The notes under the pieces are model-generated. The model was not told the origin of the DNA. It saw only the letters and a program-made list of their open reading frames with translations, and did not search any database. This document shows positions 53,870 through 64,000 of a stretch of 64,000 nucleotides of DNA, in pieces. The stretch is from Octopus sinensis (lineage: Eukaryota), in contig NC_043006.1 in assembly GCF_006345805.1 (NCBI RefSeq), forward strand, positions 41,416,001 through 41,480,000. The letters run 5' to 3'. Each line of letters opens with the position of its first letter. The stretch's first letter is position 1. Both the position numbers and the translations under genes were made by a program.

Positions 53870-54096
53870 TTCATTGGTTCAGTGACCCGGTTCTGCGGCG
53901 TATAAGCGAACGAGATCACATTCCCCTGAACAGGAAACACCACGATGCAAAGTTGCTCATTTAGAGCGGAGTGAACTGGAGCCACGTAAAATGAAGTGTT
54001 TTGCTCAAGAACATAACTCATCCGCCGCTCCGGCAATCGAAATCACAACTGCAAGATCGTGAGCTCAACTTAAACCACGATGCCATGCAACTTCAC
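53870..54096 (-). mobile_element. Diverged head-B SINE with V-like tail
   Basis: GAGTGAACTGGAGCCACG..TTTGCTCAAGAACATAAC..TAAACCACGATGCCATGCAACTTCAC. Confidence 0.6.
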
Positions 54097-54839
54097 GTTA
54101 GTGGTATAGTGGGAGTTTAGACAGTGTTTTATAGTTTGTGTGAGTATAACCGTAGGGATGAGGTGGTTGCTGTAATAGTGTGACACGGTTATAATGATAT
54201 GCATATGTGTGTTGTCAATTGAGGTGGTGGTGGAGATACGTAAAGCGACCATATATGAATTTTGTTAGCTACAGATGTTGTTCACTAATATGGTGAAGAA
54301 AAGGAACGAAGTAGCGGTATGATGGTTTTAGTGGGCCGAAATTAATTTTCCCTGTTTTTTTTCCTTCCTCAGTACAATATTAATAATTAAGTAGAAAATC
54401 TATTCACAAATTTATAGTATTTACACAAACACACATATACAAAATACACACAGAAACCAACACTGATGACAAAAAAAAAACAAAACAATAAGCTACAAAT
54501 GATCGCAAAACCTGAAGTGTTATTAACAACATATTTATTAATATCAGGTGTTTGGCTATTAATCACTTATTAAGTATGAACGAAACAATATATATTTTGC
54601 GATATAGTTACAATTATCTCGATAATTTATAGACATTCTACATATCGCGTAATATTGCGTACCGCGGTCGTATATCTTTACTCATTGATTTTGTCGTTGC
54701 AATGTTGATGACATCATTCAAGCCATTATTTTTCTTATTCGTCTTCGTCATATTTGCCACTGGATTGATTGTAGTCTTCCATAAAATACATATTACCACT
54801 GCAAGCTGACGTATTCATATTTATGAAGAAAAGGAATAC

Positions 54840-54880
<41 letters not shown>

Positions 54881-54950
54881 ATGCATATATACTTATATAT
54901 ATATAACATACTCCCATACATAAACACACACACAAATATAAATGTATACG

Positions 54951-54989
<39 letters not shown>

Positions 54990-55697
54990 CTTACTTTATT
55001 GATCTAAAGCTGAATCCTAATTGTGATGGTAGCTGCAATAAAATATTAATAATCGATTTCTCATCCCTTTTATCTTTCTGTGTTTCGATTATATTAGAGG
55101 GACTATAGAAAATTAATAAAAAAAAAACATCTGTAGAACGACAGAGATAATAAAAGTACAACAAAAATATTAGAAAAAAAAAACAAGTTAAAAACTGTTG
55201 CGGTGTGAGAAAACAAGCAATACTGACTTACCAAGGTACGAAATATCTTTATGGAAGAAGAGGAATTGTGGGAAAATATGTATTGGGAAGTTACGTTCTA
55301 ATAAGAATCATGCGTGGATGAAATGAAAACTACAGTGACACTATAGGAATACGCATGCCATACAAGACGGTGTGCTTAAGTATATGGTCATTTACGTGTC
55401 TGCGTATTTTAATATATTAATTCGATGCTTACTTAAGTTTGGTTGTGTGCGCGTTTCTGTATCTACGTATCTATAAAAATATAGCAGTGTTTACAAGCAT
55501 AATTTCCTCGTGTGTGTGTGTGTGTGTGTGTATGTGTGTGTGTGTGTATGTGTGTGTGTGTTTGCCTGCTTGTGTGTGTATGTGTGCGTACATGGGTACG
55601 TGTTTCTCTCGTTTTCTATACGTAACAAGATACCGAAATGCAACATTTGCAGAAACACATATACAAGCACAAAACACACACACACATGCATTCATAT

Positions 55698-55823
<126 letters not shown>

Positions 55824-55879
55824 ACGGAGATGTACTCGCATAGCAAGTAATTTGATCTGAGATCGTGTGCTGAAACGAA

Positions 55880-56174
55880 AACAATTGCAGCGTGGAAGGT
55901 GTTTATAAGCCATTTAAGAAACACACAAAAGCCGTTCGATTCATTCAACATTTAAGTTTAATTTGTCAAAATATTTTCGTCGCTAAAATCCTTTTCACTG
56001 ACAAAAATCCGTGATGCATCTGAGCTCAGATGCAGCACGGATTTTTGTCAGTGAACATGTCGCGGATTTTAGCGACGAAAATATTTTGACAAATTAAACT
56101 TAAATGTTGAATGAATCGAACGGCTTTTGTGTGTTTCTTAAATGGCTTATGAACACCTTCCACGCTGCAATTGT

Positions 56175-56175
<1 letters not shown>
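55880..56175. repeat. 296-bp near-perfect spacerless palindrome (arms 145/151 bp, centre GAG|CTC at 56024/56025)
   Basis: Arms differ by two substitutions and one small indel (TT vs GCGACATG); (TA)n lies immediately right and ~60 bp to the left. Confidence 0.95.
56044..56093 (+). ncRNA. Minimal type-I hammerhead-like motif with compensatory G3:C8 core
   Basis: TTTGTCA-GTGAACA-T-GTCGC-GGATTTTA-GCGAC-GAAA-ATAT-TT-TGACAAA: perfect 7-bp stem I, 5-bp stem II and palindromic stem III AATATT. Confidence 0.7.
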
Positions 56176-56209
<34 letters not shown>

Positions 56210-56286
56210 TATATATAAAGAGAGAGAGAGAAAGAGAGAGACACGGGGGACTGCCTGTGTGTATATGAGTGAGTGCATGTGAAATC

Positions 56287-56328
<42 letters not shown>

Positions 56329-57939
56329 TAAATACACGCACACACAGATGTGTATATATGTGGTTGTGTGTGTGTACATGTGTGTGTAATGGTTATGATT
56401 CAAATATAGCTGATATTCACAAAATTCACTCGACGCAATGTTTTATTCAGTTTATTATAATTTGAAAACATTTACACATTCAACCAAAGACAATTTCTCT
56501 GTCATCCTTAATTCACATGTAACAATGTAAGTGCTCATACGCACTGACTTAGATTGAAACGGATATAGCTAGACATGTGATACTGTCACTCACTACTGTA
56601 ATGCATTTGTCGCTCCGTTGCTTAATTATGTGGGTGTGTCGATATTTAGTCACGTGTCAGTTTATCCCATAATATACATTGCTCTTAAAAAAGCCTCAGT
56701 AATGTGTGCTTGTTGTGAAAATGATTGACTCGCAGCAGCAATTTCATTTGTCTATGATGTAATTAAGCGCAGAAAGAACGTCACTTCAGCATATTCCAGG
56801 AGACTACTAAAGCACCAGTGTCTGAATGACTAAGATTTAAATTAGGTTGAAACATAAGTTAGGCTGAATAGAAATCTGAGGTGAGATAAATACTTAATGC
56901 TGGTTACTATACGGTTCTTTGTAGATTTATTTTCCTTGGTTGAATGTCAAGAATCTACTTCTCCGAAGTGAGTTTCACCATAGGTGAAATATTGACGACT
57001 CCATCTCATTAAGCATTTCTAATAAGTCATTAGAAGGTACATAATATACTGAATCATTAATTTTCTTCTAAAGATGTAAGAAGAGTGGTACCACTTGTAA
57101 AATATGATTAATATCTTACTATTTAATATCTAAATCTTTGATGCTATAAGTTACATCTGTTTTGTAATCTGCAATCAGTAAGAATGTCAACTATCATCAA
57201 TATAAGCATACAGGGTAAAGAACATAAAAACAAGAAAGGGGCAAGAAAAAAGAAACCAAGCGATCACTACTCAGAGAAACCCTTTCTGTAAATTAATAGT
57301 CAAAGTAGCAGACAGGATACCTGTCACCGGTAAGCATTACAGAGATGATATGGCAGAAAACGGAAATAGAGTAGAGTGGAGCGACAACTGCAACTTACGA
57401 ATTTGGTAATGAAGAATCGATATTTTGTGGCGAATTAGGGTTAAAAGAAAGGTGTATAAAGAACTTCGCGGTTAATTATTTTTTGAAGCTCCGCAACGCA
57501 ATTGAAAACTTTACAAATCGCTATTTTGGGTCGAATTTTGGATTTCATGGATTATCAGCCGTAACGAATACATACTCCTATTTAGCAGAAAATATAGTAA
57601 ATATAGTATCCTTAAGAGGTTGTATACCAAGTATCAAAAGAATTAACTAATATATTGAGGTTCCGCATTGACTATAAAAAGAACAGGAGTGTGAAATTCT
57701 CTCGAGTGTTGCTGCAACAGTCGTTGTGCATGGGCTTACGTCGTACATGAGTGAAGTTTTCTGCTTTGTACCTTGACTTTAAGCCATTGTATTGAAATTA
57801 ATGATCGTGTTAAATTTAGTGTTGTTTACATTTAGTGATGACTCATAAGCCAATAACCCGTCATGATACTGAATGCCCGATATATTCGGTTCTCCATGTG
57901 GTCTCAGAGATCGAGTTTTGCAGCAGGAAGGTAGCCATG

Positions 57940-59206
57940 TATTTTGATGGAAGGAGGAACACACAACCCTCATAAGTGAACAAATGGGGGAAACATTTCG
58001 TAAGAAAACAATTCAAGCAGAACACATTTCATTGCTAGAAGAACCTGAGTCCCGCTGTCTTGAGCACTTTGCTGTTAGGAGGGGTTCTGCAAAAGCCCTT
58101 TTCGATGGTTTGTTGAATTATTTGGAAACCAATGAGATAGTACACAATCACATGACAGCTGTAGGTTGCGATGGTACTACAGTCAATACAGGACCAAAAT
58201 GAGGCACCATTAGACATTTTGAGGATAAAAATGAAGAAGCCATTGCATTGGGAAGTGTGTCAGCTCCGCGCAAATAAACTTCCCGAACGCCATTTTATTA
58301 ACGATCTCGACGGAAAAACTACCGGGCCTCGTGGATTTCTTGGGCTCATTGATAACAGACTGGAGCGATGTGAAACGTTGTGTGGTGAAATTTAATCAGA
58401 TTCCAACGGACTCAGCACTGATCAAAAATATCTTGATATCAACCAGTCTACTTCTGAAGGAAAATGTTCATCTGAAATGGGACTAAGGAATCCCGGTAAA
58501 ATGACACATTCTCGATGGCTTACAACTGAAAATCGCATGCTACGGTTGTATGATGCGGCCGAAAATCCTAATACGATGCAATTAATTGTTGCTTATATAA
58601 TGAAAGTTTATGTGTCGATGTGGATCACAATTTAACGCAACTCTTCCTCGGAAAATGGGGCTCTAAATGGGTTCAAGACGATAGTGTTTTCGAGAGAAAT
58701 TCATCAAGCTGTACAAGGCATTGTATTTCCGGTTATACAATGGAATGCTCTCTTCGCGCACCCAGAAAATATTTTACTGGCCGTGATAAACGATGAACGG
58801 AGCCACATTCGAAAACTAACATGGAGACGCATAAAGCAGGCGCGAATACAGTATAAAGAGAAATCTATGCGACCTTTCAAACTTTGCTGCCCCAAACTAC
58901 ATGAACTTAATTATCTGACAGGACCCTATTATTACTGAACTACCTCTAACAGAAACATTTTCCAATGAAGAAATCGATGCCTTCATTCACTAGCAGTATT
59001 TGATGCAAATGGAAAAATTAACGTGCCACATCCAAGCTGTGGAAAGATGTGTAAAACACGTGACAGAAGCATCATCTTATGTTTGTAGTGAGAACAGGGA
59101 AGGCGGTTTCATTAGGAGCCGAATCGAATTAAGAAAGAAACAAATCTCGGTGATCGAGACAAAAAAGGACTTCAAATTGAAAGGAAATACAGCAATAATC
59201 AATTAG
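57940..59206 (+). pseudogene. hAT-like (hATm-type, tentative) DDE transposase pseudogene
   Basis: Ordered motifs YFDGR, EHISLLEEP, GCDGTTVNTG, PLHWEVCQL, HSRWLT, NALFAHPENILLA and TCHIQAVERCVKHVTEAS; stops and frameshifts; TIRs not identified. Confidence 0.75.
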
Positions 59207-60099
59207 AATTGTTTAGTTTAGCTATTTTCAACATAACAAACAATTACCATTATGTCGTTTTAGGAATTTCCAAAACAATAAATCTTTGACTGTCCGATTC
59301 TTTATTTGGGAATGAGATGCTAATTCTCGTCTACGAAAAAAAATAAATTGGCTTTATTACTGGAACGAAACGGAATGCATTACAATCATTCGTGTTATTT
59401 AGTTACAGGGAATTATTTCGAATAAATTGGAAATGTTAATTATTTTTATAACCAAAATGTGTCAAGAATCAAAAACTCGTTTTATTTGAATGTGGTTGTA
59501 ATCAAGACCTCATGTAACACAGATATTCGGAAGCCTAGTATTAAGAATAATACAGAAAACAAAGTCGAAAAGTCTATTTATTTCACATAATTTCGAAATC
59601 TAAAGTGCGTTGAGATATAAATTTTAGAGCTTGCGATTTTAAACCCTTGTTGTTAAAGGATTTTGCAAAACAAAATGGATTCGTAACAATGAATGTAAAA
59701 AATAAAATGAGGAACGGCAAACGTGTTATAAATTGATTTTTTGCTCATTATTTAAAATTTCCGGTGGGCTGTGGAGCCTGTATATATCAAGTTATGAACT
59801 TCACGTTTTATAGACAGCTGTTGTTAAAGGATTTTGCAATAAGGAATATATTGAAAGTTTATTTGCTTATGTAGATTTAACATCAATTATTCTCCTTCAA
59901 GGAATCGAAACAGAGATGCATTTTAACATGCTGCGGGAGAATTATCCTCCTTCCATTAGTTTTGGCTGGAATTTGCTGTCATACTGATATAAATCACAGG
60001 CATATCGTTCGACAGTCTTCCACACAACAACCGACAAGCTCGTTCTTTTTTCCTCAGTACGTGTGTGGATCAATCAAAGGCAATTGCAGAATATTCGTT

Positions 60100-60440
60100 T
60101 CTACTTTAGGCACAAGGCCCAAACTTTTGGGGGAGGAGGGCCAGTCGATTAGATCGACCCCAGTACGCAACTGGTACTTAATTTATCGACCCCGAAAGGA
60201 TGAAAGGCAAAGTTGACTTCGGTGGAATTTGAACTCAGAACGGAAAGACAGACGAAATACCTATTTCTTTACTACCCACAAGGGGCTAAACACAGAGAGG
60301 ACAAACAAGGACAGACAAACGGATTAAGCTGATTATATCTACCCCAGTGCGTAACTGGTACTTATTTAATCGAACCCGAAAGGATGAAAGGCAAAATGGA
60401 CCTCGGCGGAATAACGTTTCTGCCAGCTCGCCGCCTTGCA
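60100..60440 (-). mobile_element. Tandem SINE family M copies
   Basis: AGGCACAAGGCCC..TTTATCGACCCCGAAAGGATGAAAGGCAAAG x2..CCAGCTCGCCGCC. Confidence 0.85.
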
Positions 60441-61514
60441 ATTACAGAATGTTCTTGCTGAAAAAGCTGTGCAGTAATGCCATTCCCGAAAACCCATAAA
60501 TGCGAAGCAAACGTCTCGACCTCCCGATCAGGTGTTCGCTCAGCCTCTACATATACAGGTGTTTACATGCTTACAGGCATATGAACACTGTTTAGAAAAT
60601 GAAGGACAGTAGCATTTCGTTTTATGGCTTGATACGACACTTGTATTAAATGAATAACAATGACATCGAGGAAATAAATCGTATTTCTATTCGGCTCTTA
60701 TTTTATTCCTAACCACATCACGATAAATATTACGTCGTTCTTATTTTATTAGTGATTTTATGCTTGAATACAATAACACATTGTAGATATAATTCTTCTT
60801 TCACCATTAAATGTTTTTTTCATTATATGTAAAGTGAATTTCTTTTGGACTTTTTACATTTACAACTGCTGGCTATCTAGCGTTGAATGATATGGTAAGT
60901 CATCTCTGAGATGAAAACCTATAAAACGTGTATTGTAATTGATTGCTTCTATTGCAAATTTTACATTAATTTTACTGTTTATCACAAGCTTCCTGGGAAA
61001 TTGTTCTTTAATTACATTGCATTATATTATGATTTATTTACTTATATTTCTTTACATTTAATAATTATCAGCTTCTGGTCATCTTTATTATTGAATTCAA
61101 ATTTTCTGATAACATAATAGAATTGAAGTTTCTTTTTTCTTCATTATTTGTAAGACTTTTACTTCCTATAATGTAGACTAATTGCGCAATAAACGTTTGA
61201 TTAAAACAATTAGATCTGCATTGAAAATATATTTACTGTATCAAATAGTGCTAACGTTTCTTTTTTAACGCAGTTAAAAAATCTTACACTATGAAAATAT
61301 AAAGTCGATGAAGAAAATGCTTTTTCGTTTGTCGAAAGAAATAATTATATTTGATCTTGTGAAGATAAAGCAGACGTATTACACACTTGAAGGTAATAGT
61401 CGCTTGAAGGTCATGCTCAGCAAACCCACGTCTAGGTCAGGGCCACGTAACACTTTCTAATATGTAGTGACGAATCCAGTCAGATGCTGTGTGAAATGCA
61501 GCAGATATATTCTT

Positions 61515-61890
61515 TTCTACTCTAGGCACAAGGCTCGAAATTTTGGGTGAGGAGATCAGTCGATTAGATCGATCTCAGTACGCAACTGGTACTTGATTTA
61601 TCGACCCCGAAAGGATGAAAGGCACAGTCGACCTCGGCGGAATTTGAACTCAGAACGTACAGACAATCAAAATACCTATTTCTTTACTACCCACAAGGGG
61701 CTAAACACAGAGGGGACAAACAAGGACAGACAAACGGATTAAGTCGATTACATCGACCCCAGTGCGTAACTGGTACTTATTTAATCGACCCCGAAAAGAT
61801 GAAAGGCAAAGCCAACCTCGGCAGGATTTGAACTCAGAACGTAGCGGCAGACGAAATACCGCTGACCTTTCTGCCAGCGCGCCGCCTCGT
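61515..61890 (-). mobile_element. Tandem SINE family M copies
   Basis: Same architecture as 60100-60440. Confidence 0.85.
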
Positions 61891-62277
61891 CTGTAGATAT
61901 ATTGAACTCACTCTTTTGTCCATTATATTTTTTGGACAAATCATTGTTGTATAACCCTCCTGATCCATCGCTGATTGAGTAAAACTTTGCTCAAAGATAT
62001 TCCAACTATAAATACCCTGTTTCTATTTCAAACATTTGATGAAGTTTTAACTGCAATTTCTAACAAATCGAACAACCGCATAAAGGTTCTTTATTCGAAT
62101 TTAGTAGTATTGCTTTTGTGAGTGAATGACAAATTTGGAATGTGTGTGCTCTGTCTATGCATAAGAAAACTTTACAACGACCTCTTTATTTCTTTATTTC
62201 ATAGAGGTGTTGTATTTAAATCCGAGTATGATAGATTTCTACGTGTGTTATGTGTTTATGTTGTTTCATGGCGTATG

Positions 62278-62445
62278 ATACAGTGTGGTAAGTGAAGTTG
62301 AAGGCTGCGTGGTTAAGAAACTAGTTTTCCAACCACTTGGTTTCGGCTTCAGCCTACTGTCCAGCACCTTGGCCAAGTATCTTCTACAGTCGCTCCGAAC
62401 CGGCCAGTGACTTATGAGTGAATTTGGTAGACGGAAGATGAGAAA
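62278..62445 (+). mobile_element. SINE family C head (diverged)
   Basis: GGCTGCGTGGTTAAGAA..GCACCTTGGCCAAGTATCTTCTAC..GTGAATTTGGTAGACGGAA. Confidence 0.7.
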
Positions 62446-62704
62446 CGGTGTGGAGGGATTAGGGTTAGCCGTTAGAAAATCAATTGGCTTGAAATGTTTT
62501 AATGTTTTGGGGATTTTGCACTTGTATGAAGTTTCTGTTAAAAATTTAGTTCTTGAATGTAAGAATGTGGTATGATTCATCGGTGCATAATTGACAGTGT
62601 TTACTGTTTGTTGTTACCTTTATTTGTCTGTGTAACAATATTTCCCAATTAATTGTGAATGGATAAAAGAGACTGTATCAGCTCAAGATGAACTCAAATG
62701 TAAC

Positions 62705-62749
62705 ACAGTCCGATGTTGGCTTAGGTGGCCGAAACCTCGAAGTCACTGT
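62705..62749 (+). ncRNA. Decayed hammerhead-like motif
   Basis: ACAGT-CCGATGT-T-GGC-TTAGGTG-GCC-GAAA-CCTCGAAG-TC-ACTGT; stems I and II pair, with two core substitutions (U4C, A9U). Confidence 0.45.
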
Positions 62750-62888
62750 CAAAACTATTCTTGTTAAATGATGATATATGTTTGTGTGCGTGTGTGTATA
62801 TGTATTCATATATTTATATATCTGTTTAAAAATATATGAGTGTATATGTACCCCTCTCTCTCTATCTCATAAATATAATGTGTGTGTG

Positions 62889-62958
<70 letters not shown>

Positions 62959-64000
62959 CGTATATATATGTGTGTGTGAGAGTAGATAAGACGGCGCGTT
63001 ATTTTGGCTATGAATTATTTTGACTCTTATTTCTAGCAATGCTGGTGCTGAATGACGCCATCAGTCGCTCTGGTGACATATATTTTTGCTCTTCAGTTGA
63101 AAAATTGCGAACGACTCATCCTCCTGATTTATGTATATATGTATAAATATATATGTATCAGTGTTTGTTTGTTTATGTCACCGTAACATAGCTGTTTGGC
63201 AAAGGAGACGATAGAATAAGCACTAGATTTTTAAATATATGTATTGGGTTCAATTTTCTTAACTAGATTTTTTAAGTTAGTACTGCAGCATAACCACACC
63301 AAGTAAAATTAATGCTGAGATAATTAACAAAAAGAGATAATTAATATGGTAGGCATTGCTCTAGATCGACAATGCATTCTCGAAGTAGATTTGATTTAAT
63401 TTTCTGCAGAACGATGTACAGTTGTACAATGGAAGAACGATGTGAACGTGACGTTAACTACCTATGAAGCTGAGTGAATGTTTTGAGGACGTGTGGAGGT
63501 TTAGCAGATATACTTTGAAAGCAAATTATATTCATCTATGGATAGATATTTTTGGTAACCCAGAAAAATGCAATTTATGGAAGTGGTTATGTCCATTACA
63601 TAAGATTAGTTCTCTGACATGTAGTTTGTTGGACAGCCTGTTCTTATTTTTCTTTCGTTTGAGTGGAAAGCGAAAATAGAATTGACAGTTTTGATGTATT
63701 TATGTATGTAGTTTCAATTGTCATGTATACTTGTATGTTTCAGGGGTATCTAAATTTCTCTTGAGATTTTGAAAGGAAAATGCGTGGGTTAAATATGTCA
63801 ATAATGAGTATTTTCACACATTATTGTGTATGAGTATTTTTACACATTTTAGGATCATCCCTGATCAAACAGGCTTACGTTCAAAGCTATTAAAGTTATA
63901 ACCATTTATATCTATTCATGAAATTGTTTCTTTTGGCGTCTAGTAGCCAGCCTCTCGGAGATATCAATGTTCTGGATGGTAGGGTGAGAATTAAAAGATA

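Noticed and set aside
57250-57340. Strong GTAAGC donor with upstream open frame
   Set aside because: No matching acceptor or recognisable peptide; cannot support an exon.
60495-60540. CTGATCG...GAGA-CG-TT motif on the minus strand
   Set aside because: Both core segments are mutated and the stems are poor.

Overview
AT-rich eukaryotic non-coding DNA packed with microsatellites and transposon relics. The tRNA-derived SINE families, (TA)n/(CA)n/(TAGA)n density and LINE/mariner relics suggest an octopus/cephalopod genome (inference). I could not support any host protein-coding exon, rRNA, true tRNA gene or CRISPR array, and almost all supplied ORFs are translated microsatellites. Recognisable elements: four mariner relics, a maT-like Tc1/mariner fragment, an hAT-like DDE transposase pseudogene, a Penelope-like element (RT plus GIY-YIG), R4/Dong, Tx1/L1, RTE-like and CR1-like LINE fragments, a Helentron/HINE-like element, a TIR element carrying (CCCTAA)n, and over 25 SINE copies from about three modular families. 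The most notable signal is at least seven minimal type-I hammerhead-ribozyme-like motifs in several unrelated sequence contexts. One lies at the 3' end of the Penelope element and two cassettes are head-to-head inverted repeats. One copy (56044-56093) has perfect stems and a compensatory G3:C8 swap of the catalytic-core pair, inside a 296-bp spacerless palindrome. Ribozyme activity and novelty are untested.
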